From positions 54,188,001 to 54,252,000 of the forward strand of contig OX597827.1 of NCBI GenBank assembly GCA_951406725.2: DNA of 64,000 nucleotides, read 5' to 3'. The DNA is from Octopus vulgaris. Its lineage: Eukaryota. Shown here in pieces: positions 53,243-64,000 of this stretch. The notes beneath the pieces were generated by a model. That model was not told where the DNA came from. It worked only from the letters and a program-made list of their open reading frames with translations, and searched no databases. Within the stretch, counting starts at the first letter, position 1. Each line of letters opens with the position of its first letter. The position numbers were made by a program, and so were the translations under genes.

Positions 53243-54887
53243 GATGATATAGTATTTCACGAGTAGCTTTTTCTACCAGAAGAATTAAACTTGATGGTAT
53301 TTATAAGTATGCAAAAAAAAAAATTCAATTCCACAATGTTAGTCCCTAGTTAGATGTTGGAGAATTCAAACATTGAGCTACATATTTTAGTGTTAGGCCA
53401 AATAACCTCTGAGTTCAAATACTTTGTCTCTCATCCTTTCAGGGCCAATACAAAAAACAAAGTACCAATACAGGATGATTGGGTGATAGATTTGTTAGAG
53501 CATCAGGTAAAATGCTTTGTGGAATCTGATTGTTATTTTCCTTTTTGATGGCAACACTTGTGCCAAGCTGTAACATTTCTTGCCTTTTCCTTACGCATCA
53601 TCAGCAGTGCAGAGGAAAGAGGTTTGTATGCATGGACAACTGCTAGTTTCACACAAAACGTTTTTCTGGGCCTTCACTTAAAAGGGTAGCTTTACAGGTG
53701 TAGAAATCCATGGTAAGCTGTAACCAAAGAAGGCCCTAGATATGAACCTCCAACTGCCCAACTATTTATCAGTCCATTACTTAATCAACTTGGCATTGAA
53801 TATTGCAAAGCATTTATTCGAATGTTGTCTTAAACTTGCTACTCTTAAACAAGGTAAAAATTAATGAATATTTTTCTCTCTGGATAATTCAAACATGTAA
53901 TCAAGCGATGCTACAATGGCTAAAAATCAATGTAAAATTATTTCACCATTTTGATTTCCATCATCCACCCCACACGTACTCACGCACTGATGAAAAAATA
54001 ATGATGTTAGCTGAGAGATGGCAATGTAATATCATTAGAACAAAAAGAGAAAAAAAATGAAATAAAATTATAATATCAGTTTTCAAAGCATGTTAAATTC
54101 AAATTATCAATAACATATAAAATTTTAAATTTAGGACATGCTGATAATTTCTCATTGATTTCTTTTACATTTTATCCATTGAATGAGTGATTGTTTAATT
54201 CAGCTGTATGTGTGAGAGTTGTACACATTTGCTTCTCTCTCTCTCTCTCTGTGTGTGTGTGCGTTGCTGGGTGTGTCATTTAAATGTAGACAATATACAA
54301 CCACTCTTTTAATCCCAATAAGTTTAAAATCTATTAAATATTCTTAAAGGTAACTCCCAATAATAGCTTTACTGTTAATAGTTTCATAACTGATTTTGTT
54401 GTTGGTAGTGTTGATGGTGCTGTTCATTGCATGAGAAATGCATCAAAAGTTGATTTTATTTTTTCTTGATAAGAATCAGATACGTGTTTGTGAACATGCA
54501 TAGAAGCTTTCAACGTTAACAAGGTATATCATTATTATTGTTGTTGTTGTTGTTTGCTTTGGAGAGGGTATATCTAACAAATCTCCTGCAGAATTGGTAT
54601 ATAATCACATGTTACTGCATATCAGGTTTTCTTTTATTTGTCTAGAACTTTTGAGTACCCACCTCATTTATTTATATATGTATATATATATATATAATAT
54701 TTTGTAACATTTCATTTACTTCTCTAACAGTTTGGTTTCTTCATTTGGTTTAGTGTTAAGGTAGATGCAGCATCTGTACTCTCCCACAAATTTCAAAAAT
54801 GATCTTGTTGAAAATTATGAAAATAAATATATTGTGAAAAAAACAAGAATAGGCAATAAGAAAATATTTATGCAAATGTATATAATA

Positions 54888-55260
54888 GGTGCAGGTGTGG
54901 CTGTGTGGTAAAAATTTTGCTTCCTAAACACATTATTCCAGGTTCAGTCCCACCACATGGCGCCTTGGTTAAATGTCTTCTACTACAAGCCCTGTGAGTA
55001 GATTTGGTAGACAGAAACTGAAAGAAGCTTGTGTGTATATGTGGGGGGGTGTCTTTGTGTATGTGATATGTTTGTCCCCACTATTGCTTGACAATTACTG
55101 TTGGTTTATTTATGTCCTTGTAACTTAGTGGTTCAGCAAAAAAGACTAATAAAATAAGTACGAGATGTAATAGATATATGTACAGGGGCCAATTTGTTCG
55201 ACTAAACCTTTCAATGCATGGCCACAGTCCGATGACTGAAACAAGTAAAAGATAACAGAT
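54888..55260 (+). mobile_element. SINE family A copy
   Basis: Head GTGGCTGTGTGGTAA, tail GACTGAAACAAGTAAAAGATAA. Confidence 0.85.
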
Positions 55261-56701
55261 ACCACTTTCGAAAGTATAGACACAAAGAAAAAGAAACAGA
55301 TGAATGCATTTGTACTGTAAGCACACATATTGGATAGCTGAAATTTGCACAACATTGACAATGAAAATATAGCTTGGCCAATGTTATGAGCATGAGAGAA
55401 GTTTTAAATATAGGATAGCTCCTTGCAAACGATTGTGAGTGAATATGTCATCTTCACTGAAAATTCTATCCTCAAAGAAAGAGTAAGGAAGAGAGTGACA
55501 TCTGCCTCTTGAAGAGTGATGGGTCTTTCAGTGTGTCCTCAAAGGAGCAATAAAAAGAAGCCCTGAATGAGATAATTTCGTTTCACTCAGCTGCGACTGA
55601 CATGTAGGCGTGTGTACCTGGTCTTCAGATTAATTTTAAGCTAAGGTAAGAGGCACACGCATCTTCTCACAGGCTGGTGCTACAATATAAAGGACACAAC
55701 CAGGGACAGGCTCAGATATTGATTTATGGTTTATCATAACCTTTGCAGTACAGTTTGGGTAGGATGCAAGCACCAAGGTTACCAGAAATGACAGGTGGTC
55801 AGGTGAAGTCTGTGTGGACATGCATGTACTAATGGTACTCTAAGACAACAAAACCAATCCAGAACTGTACTTTGTAGTGGTGCTGGCAGGAAGCTTAGCT
55901 GTTACACGTGTCATAGTAAGAGCTTCTAGAAAGCTTTTCTACCCTAAGGAGATTAAAAGAGAGATAAGGAGAAAGAGCAACAAACAGTAGAACCAGCAAC
56001 AACAGCAAAAGTACCACCAGTTGCAGTTCCAAGGATGGCTAAGGGACTCACTACATCCCTATATCAGATGCCAACAATCAGGAAATCAAATAATGTTGCA
56101 GTAATGATCTGCCAATAAAGAATTTATGACATTGGCCTTGAAATATTGGAGATGCATTGGTAGGCACAAAAGATCATCCTTCTGTTTTATGTAGAATAAA
56201 AGCAACTAATATTAAATGTAAAATTATTGCTTTGGAAACAAGTAGTTTGGTTCAAATTTGTGTTTAAAAAACATTTTGATTTTCTTTTTGGCTGATCTCT
56301 TTTAAACCATCCCCTTCTATTTCAGAATGATTTTCTAGGATAGCCTTAAGTGAATTGTTTATTTTCTTCACTAAGTGTTTATTTAGAATATCTATGAATA
56401 AGGATTGATACTATTAAGTACTTTATTCATATAAAGTACTTACTTGTTATTCATCTCATATGTTACAGCTGGTAATAAACACACTGGCTAAAGTAGCATT
56501 CAAGTAAAATGATGCCAAAAATCAAAAAACATATGTGCACAAGGAAGCAACATGATAAACAAAAGCAAATTAAATTGTTTTACTATGTCAATATCCTATT
56601 TTGTGTTGTTCAAAAGTTGTTGTGTAAATGGAGTTCCTGGTTTTTTAACTATTTCTCTTACATATGATCACAGGAAATATTAAGTGTCAATCCCATTCAT
56701 A

Positions 56702-57098
56702 GATGCAGGAGTGGCTGTACATAAGAAGTTTGTTTCCCAACCACATGGTTCTAGGTTCAGACCTACTGCGTGGCACCTTGGGCAAGTGTTTTCTACTATA
56801 GTCTTGGGCCAACCAAAGCCTTGTGAGTGGATTTGGTAGATGGGCTGTGAAAGAAGCCCATTGTATGTGTATATATATGTATGTATGTATGTATGTATTT
56901 GCTTGTATGTGTTTGTCCCCTCACTATTGCTTGACAACCAATGTTGGTATGCTTACATCCTTGTAACTTAGCAGTTCAGCAAAAGAGACTGATAGAATAA
57001 GTACTAGGCTTACAAAGAATAAATCTTGGAGTAGATTTGTTCAACTCCAGCATGGCCACAGTCAAATGACTGAAACAAGTAAAAGAATAAAAGAAAAG
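56702..57098 (+). mobile_element. SINE family A copy
   Basis: Head GGAGTGGCTGT, tail GAAACAAGTAAAAGAATAAAAGA. Confidence 0.85.
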
Positions 57099-57599
57099 AA
57101 ACGGAAAAGTCTACATCTTTTATAAACACCTTTTGAGAATTGTCCTACAAAGGGGTTTACAGTTAGATTCATAACTCAATGGATAAAACTTTTGAATATG
57201 TTTCAAAAGCTTTACAATTTAAATTTTGATATTCTTATTTCAATTGTAAACTCAAGTGGTGTGATGTTAAAATCCTGCATAAGTATTTTTTAAGTAATTA
57301 GTCAGAGTAGGATTGGCCGCTCTCATGGTATTTGTGGTTCCTTTCAGACTGGTACAATTGATCTGGTTGGTGTTTTGTTGGAATTTTTTTAGGTTGATAT
57401 ATGTTAGAAAGACAGACAGAGAAGGATTTCCAGAGGACTGTAATCTAAGAAAGAAAGATTTGACAAGTGTTTAATGCAGGGGTTGAAGATAGGGGACAGT
57501 AGGGATGACAAGAGAAGAGGTGTGAATATCAGGTGAGGAGGAGCAGAGGTGATACACAGAGAGTAGAAGCTGTTTTAGTTACAGTAGAAGTAACAGAGA

Positions 57600-58235
57600 G
57601 AGAGAGAGCTGGTGGTTGTAATATCTAAATAGACACACCTTTGCTTACCAGTTGAATGTGATCAAGGTTGTTTGTGTATACATCATTATGGAAGAGTACA
57701 TCAATGGAGAGCACACGAGTTTTGTAGGCTGAAGCATTTTGTGATATTGAAGAGAAACCCTTGTATTCGAGATATAGTTTTGGTAATGTTGTACATGTGT
57801 ATGCTTGATTTGCCAAGACATTAGAGATCATGCAATTATTGCGAATTTGGAAGTTGTAGTTGTGTGTTGTTCAAAATGCATTAAGTGGTTCTGGTAGTAA
57901 CCTTGTTTTCTTTAAGATATGTCTTCATTGTATCTTTATATTATTAAAAGAGTACAGGTTGTCATGAACCCTATTGAAAGAGGTTTACTAGATGGCGGCC
58001 AATGCAAGACATGCATGTGGTGTTTATGCTGTGCTTGGTTCATGGTTATATATAGCAATTCACCTTTTTGTCACTATTGTCTTGTTCCATTAGAGGATGT
58101 TATCAAAGAAATCTTGTTTGCAATGCATGTTTGGTAACTGGCATGTAGGTTACACGTTGTAAATGTTCATGTGATGAAAGTTATGAATGGGAGATAATAT
58201 CATCTGTGTAAGAGTGAATGTGTTGTTAGAAGTAA
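57600..58235 (-). pseudogene. CR1/Jockey-like LINE RT C-terminal remnant
   Basis: Minus translation IHSYTDD (YADD motif, about 58200-58220), later ITKTISRIQGFLF, AYKTRV and LDHIQ in the expected order. Confidence 0.6.
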
Positions 58236-59249
58236 CAAACAAGTAGGTCATTAATTTATAGAAGAAAGAGTATGAGAGACAGCCAAATCTTGAGGTATAT
58301 CCAAGTCAATACTACATTGTGAGGGAGTAATGTTACTAGAAACTTATAATCAAAATGTTTCAGTACTAAGCAAATTTCCAAATTTGTGAACATCAATTGT
58401 TATGTATGCGTATAGAAAGATTTATATAAAAACAAGCAAAACGGCCAAGTTTCCATAATGGTAAATAATTTATCAAAGGATGACGAAAGCTATTTTAATA
58501 GAATTATAAATTAAATATATTTCCTTTTACAAATGAGGTTTATAAACAACTTATAATTTGCAGACATTTTTGTTACTTTAGTTATGGTTTTGTGCAGAGA
58601 CTGGTTGTTGTTGTAATAGTAGTAGTGGTAGTGGTAATGGTAGTAGTAGGATGTAAATAGAACTGCATGCAGCTACAGATAAGATCAAAATAATTGCTTG
58701 GTGGGAACACAACGATGAATGAACTCCCATTTCAATCTTTTATTGGTTAACATTGAAATAATGATGATTTATAATTAAAAACAGCAGCAAGCTTTCGTGC
58801 CTGTTACATCATGCACTATGAGCTGTTTTACAGATGCTCTGTGACTAATTGTCAATGTTATTAGGAGGTTAAAAAGAGTCTTAACACCTTGACACTCAAA
58901 CAAGTTGACTCACTAATGTGTCACATTTTTTCTTTTTTATCTTTTGTAGTTATTTTTTTCGTTTTTTGATTTGTATATTAAAGAGACTTATTTTATATAT
59001 TTTAGTGGTCTCACAACAGAACAACAAGAAATGGTTGTTTTTTATATTGTGGCTTATGGAACTTTAACTAGTCTCTCTGATTTTTTGTTAAAACATTGGA
59101 GTCAGGGAAGTTGACCAGTTAGAACCAGGAAAGCTACTATGTAATATGCTCTCACAATTATTGCAAAAATGGAAGTTACCCTTTGATCTCACCTACACTC
59201 CTTCTCTCTTATCATCATCATCACCACCACCATCATTTCAACATCCTTT

Positions 59250-59540
59250 CCCTCTTCTTATTGTTGTTGTTATTAGTAGTAGATTTGAGATCTCTATGTG
59301 AAAGTGTTGAACTGGAATAATATGTCCTTGAGAGCAAGCTATGTCCAGCAGCTTCAGATCCCAAGGATTCTTCTTAAAATCCTTGGTTATTCCAAGCAAT
59401 ACCACCTGCAGTGGTCCCATACTACATTTGAGTTGTATCTTATCCAGTCATGATTTAAGAGTGATGGTTATCATTCCGTCCATGCCAACTACTTTTGGAG
59501 TTACATGTGCTTCATTTAAGATCCACATCTTTTAAGTTCT
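59250..59540 (-). pseudogene. R4/Dong-like (RLE) LINE 3' end remnant
   Basis: Minus translation KMW....VTPKVVGMDGMI...LQVVLLGITK./ILRRIL followed by an ACA/AAT-rich tail. Confidence 0.55.
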
Positions 59541-59639
59541 CTTTTTAATCCACAGTAATTGATTACTTTTTTATATCTTTGTCTCAAGGAACTGCTATGT
59601 CAATAATGTCACATTTTCTATGTTTCATGTGCAGGACTA

Positions 59640-59871
59640 AAATATTTGGCTGTGGTTTCACTCCCAAGACTGGTTGGTGTGTTGTGTTTTTGAGCAAAAC
59701 ACTTCATCTCACGTTGCTCTATGATCACTTCAATACCTGACAGGCAACATCAATTTGATGGAGGGAGTGAGCTAATGTACAAGACATACATTTGATCACT
59801 CTAAACAAATCATTTGTGCAGGTCATTCAGCAAAAGCTAAACACTAATACATTGTCTTCAATGGGAGAGTC

Positions 59872-59900
<29 letters not shown>
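59640..59900 (+). mobile_element. CORE-like SINE variant
   Basis: GTGTTTTTGAGCAAAACACTTCATCTCACGTTGCTC core; (ATT)n tail. Confidence 0.65.
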
Positions 59901-59903
<3 letters not shown>

Positions 59904-60458
59904 TATAAATTGAGTGGAAATCAATCTGGTGAATGTGTTAGTTAATAAGGCATAAGGACAAAATGATTCTCCCCAGACACAACAAAATTAGCATTTATGT
60001 TATAATTCTTCTGAGTTATTACATGCTCTTATCCCAACCCCTGCTAAACAACTTTTCACTCCTTTTGTTATATGTTTTGTATTGTATGCATGGGCTCACA
60101 TAGCTAATATAAAAAGGATTTTTATTATTGTTATTGTTGTTATTTTCCATGTTTTCTTAATTTTTTAAAAATCAATATTTGCACATGTATTTGTAAATAA
60201 TAGTAAAGAGAAAGATAAATAAATAACAAGACATTTTAAAATGTTAATTAGATAGATGTGTTTACATATGACTGATAAAAAGGCTTTGTTTAAGATTATA
60301 TGGTTAGATTAATACTGAGAGTTTATGTAGCATAAAAGTATTTTCTAAAGCTATATGCAGTGCAGCAAGTGCTATAGATTGTTTATACATCAGAGTTATT
60401 ATTTACAGCTAAATGAAAGAATTACACAGCTAGTTTAGTAATGTAATAGATTAAACAG

Positions 60459-60585
60459 ATTTTTAAAAATATGTTTAATACCTGATTTATATTCAATAAT
60501 TATTACTGTTATAAAATTTTAATTTTTTTTTTCTCTCTACTTTTAGGTAAGCAGTCCCATAATTTCTTCTGGTTGTATGGTAATG
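60459..60585 (+). promoter_or_regulatory. Candidate recursive splice site (AG|GT at 60546/60547) with 33-nt cryptic exon 60547-60579
   Basis: ttttttttttctctctactttTAG|GTAAGC; 86-nt AG-free zone; second donor ATG|GTAATG at 60580. Confidence 0.6.
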
Positions 60586-61809
60586 TATCAAAATATCTTT
60601 TAAGTACTTGGTTGTTATTTTATTATAAATTAAGAATTTTTAACAATTCACATTAATTCTAGATGGTAGAACTGCTAATTCCTTTGATACAAAATACTTT
60701 GTTAGGATTTGTTGCACACAATTCATTGTGCTGTTTTATGTTTTGAGTTGAAGTCTTTCCCAGGTCATCTTTGCTTTTCATCATTCTGAATTATTATACC
60801 TAATCAAAGCACAATGACTGAAAAATAAAAGAATCATTCTTGCTAGTCAATTTCTTTTACTTAGCTGTGTTAAAAGCACAACGTATACATATTTATGAAG
60901 GTTGTGTTAATACACACATATACACGTCTCTCTTTCGAAATATAAGTATTATACATATCATTATCATCATCATTTTAACACTCTCTCTTTTCCATGCTTG
61001 CATGGGCCGATGAAGTGTGTTGAGTCAGATTTTCGATGTGTTGATTCTCTTCCTGTTGTCAACTATCTCACCTGCTTCCAAGTAAGGTAACATCTCTCCA
61101 TGATCGGAGACATTGAAATCACAGGACACAGCTCTCATGACAGTTACAAACATCAAGGCAAGGAAACAGTAACACACACACACACACACATATATTTACA
61201 CACACACGCATACTCAGCAGGCTTCTTTCAGTTTCTGTCTGCCAAATCCACTTACAAGGTTTTGCTCAACATTTGTATACATATATGAATACAGTCTATG
61301 ACAGTAGAATAAGTACCTGCAAGCCAAATGTATGACACCATTCCAACTAATTCATTTCATTTTCTCTAATATATGTGATTTCTGGTTAGAGTCAATTCCC
61401 TGGTGAAGGATAGGCTCCACTAGATCAACTTACTCATGACATGATTGAAATATATTGTTGATATACATTATAGAATGAGGTTAATAATCAGAGAAATGAT
61501 CATTTTAGTGTTAATAACTTTTTATATTTACTTTATAAAATCACCGTGTTTTTCATGTTCCTGGCAAAAACAAAACATGGATATACTTTATAATAGCTAC
61601 AATCACCTTCTATGGAACCCATAGAGTTAATCAAACAACAATACATTGTTTGAGATCAATTTTCTAATGTTCACAATGGAAAAACTGATAAAAGTTTTCT
61701 CTAAATACCATACTGCTCCACACACGGTCAATCACTCCCTGGTGATGTGAAAGTACTGGTTGAAACAAAACCTATGAATTGCATGTAGATGTTTGATTTA
61801 CTATATTGG

Positions 61810-62020
61810 TTTTAAATTTTGGCACAAGGCCAGTAGGTATGAGGGAGAGGCTTAATCAATTAAATCAACTCCAGTGTTCAACTAGTACTTACTTTATCGA
61901 CCCTGAAAGGATCAAAGACAATGTTGACATCTGTGGAATTTGAACTCAGAACACAAAGATTGATTAAATGCTACTAAGCATTTTGCCTGGCTTACTAACA
62001 AGGTAACAATGCTGTCAGCT
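61810..62020 (-). mobile_element. Meta-like SINE
   Basis: GTACTTACTTTATCGACCCTGAAAGGAT...GGAATTTGAACTCAGAAC...CTAAGCATTTTGCC. Confidence 0.8.
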
Positions 62021-64000
62021 TGTTTGATTTACTGTATTCATGCCATAGTCCTCAAGTAGAGCTCGCTGGATTTGAATTCACTAATATAAGCTAAAAAAAA
62101 TACATATTTTCTATTAAAATGATATCATTCTGTATAAATTAATTCACTCATTATATATAGTGCTCTTACTGCTAAGAATAATACACTTTACCTATACATG
62201 ATACCTATTTAAAATTAGTCGGTCTGAACTACAATGTGTTCTATCCTGGTTACAGCTCTGTTTAATAGATTCATATAGCATTAAAGAATCATAAAATCTT
62301 GGTTTAAATAGAGTATGTTATCTTGTCTGGAGACACCAAATGTTTACACTACTATTTACATAATTACTTGTTCAGTAGATTATTATGTGGAGGAGACAGG
62401 GTGTAGATGGGTGTAAAAATTAATATTCAAAAACTGTTTTATGCAGAAGAATATCAAATTCATTGGAAACTTGGTCGAACTACTTGTGAGGGAAGCTAAG
62501 CAAATTTCTTTAGAAAGAAAACATATTCATGTCAACAAATAATAGTACATGCATTCTCCTTATTTTAATAATTTCTTTGTAAGGACCAAACACTGTATGG
62601 AGAAAGAAGTAAAGGAAGCAGATTGGAAAGTAAATATTTGGGTTAGGGATGGAATGACCTATGTCTCTTAAATCAGAATTTGCTTCTGATGTGAGAAATA
62701 AGATGTAATCCAAGATTTCTTTTCCAGATGAGATTTAGTTTGGAAACAAATATGTTTGCTTGCTCCTCCTCCTTGTTCATAGAATATTTCAACTTGAATA
62801 AAATAAAAAATTCTCTCTGGGCATAAATTTTCTTGGGGTGGTATGATGGCTGAGAAAAGTAAGTTAACATATAAATCCTTTTTTTTATTTTTTTAGACTT
62901 TTTTTACATTCCACTAGTTGCAATATTATCCAGATTAGAAGCAATGAGATTTGATATTATCCAGATGGAATGCCAAAATAGTCTCAACAAGTATTTAACT
63001 TATTCTGAATGAAAATCTTCCAGTAGATTTCACCTTTACTTTCACCCCTAAGTTGAAAAATAAAATTAACATTGATATTATATTGTGATCCATTTGAGTG
63101 ATTGCACCCCTCTCCACACAAAATTAGGCCACACACATATACATATATCAGTGGCTTTGTAGATGAGAATATAATTACTCTTAGCTTAGAAATAGAGGTT
63201 TTAATTTTTGGTCTAGTTTGGTACTATGTCTACATGTGAAGAATAAAAGCATTTGTGACAATCAAAAATCAAATAATCAAAGTGTAGAGTAGATGTAAAT
63301 ATTCTGAAAAAATATTTTATCTCTAAAGATGATGCTGAAAGTTTGAAAAATTACAATCTTATTAACTGGCCTCGGAAATTTTAACAGGGTGGTTAATACT
63401 GCACTTGAACTCTTGACTGATTATGTGAGGGAGGACTCTGATTGTTGTTTATGGCTGACAAAAAGAATGGGAGTGAGCTCAACAAGAAGTAGACAAATGC
63501 AATCATTAAAAAGAAATGAAAGGATTCAAATAAGATCACTTAATACTTGCAGATTCAGACAATCATGAAACCTCATGATCATGAAAAGCATTAGTGTGGA
63601 TAGTTAAAGCAATAGGTAAGTGGATAACTACCAGCCAAGAGGTTAATATTATTGCTTAAGCATAGGAGGAAGAGCAGTACTCCTGTCCTCTATAAGTCCA
63701 CAGGAGTAAGGATTAAGGTTTTTTTGTGTGGAATCTGGGAGATGAGTAAGGCAGTAGGACTAGAAAAAGAAGATGCAGGTATGTTGACTGTATATAGTTC
63801 AGAGGAACAGAATCTACATCTATTATGGGTTTAATAATTAGCCAGTCCACAGATATCCCTTCTTTGGAAGAATGGGTTACATTGCTGTGTGTTAGAGATA
63901 CTTTTAAAGACACTAAGTCTTCTTTGAGAGATAAGTCACTGATGCAGTCTGAGAAGTTAGGGCATCCCTTGGTTTCTTGATAGGCTATCTTCAGGGTGTT

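Noticed and set aside
55636-55821. ORF with CTAKVMINHKSISEPV, faintly like a LINE RT segment
   Set aside because: No following QG or YADD motif; not enough to assign.
61650-61690. TGAGATCA bantam-like seed
   Set aside because: Seed match only; the rest of the mature sequence does not match and no convincing pre-miRNA stem is present.
63960-64000. Minus-strand CTGAAGA...GAAAC at the window edge
   Set aside because: No stem III with an NUH cleavage triplet and no stem I partner.

Overview
AT-rich, CpG-depleted animal genomic DNA with no recognisable intact host-gene CDS. Nearly all ORF-track entries are microsatellite or repeat artefacts. The repeat families (tRNA-derived SINEs with CORE-like and Meta-like central domains, RTE-type 3' tails ending (GAT)n, piggyBac/pogo/hAT MITEs, and Penelope, RTE, CR1/Jockey, R4 and mariner remnants) look like those of an octopus/coleoid cephalopod. 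That assignment is recognised from memory, not searched. The window reads as the interior of one very long + strand intron. Main leads: (1) two strong AG|GTAAG juxtaposed acceptor/donor sites (6796, 60546), each with a long AG-free pyrimidine tract and a second donor 33-37 nt downstream, matching recursive-splicing ratchet points with cryptic RS-exons, plus a weaker third site at 48176. (2) A ~575-bp Penelope-type palindrome carrying a hammerhead ribozyme with an intact core on the minus strand and a mutated copy on the plus strand. (3) A pogo-type non-autonomous element keeping an intact 59-aa Brinker-type DNA-binding-domain ORF that the ORF track missed. Repeat boundaries were read by eye and are approximate.
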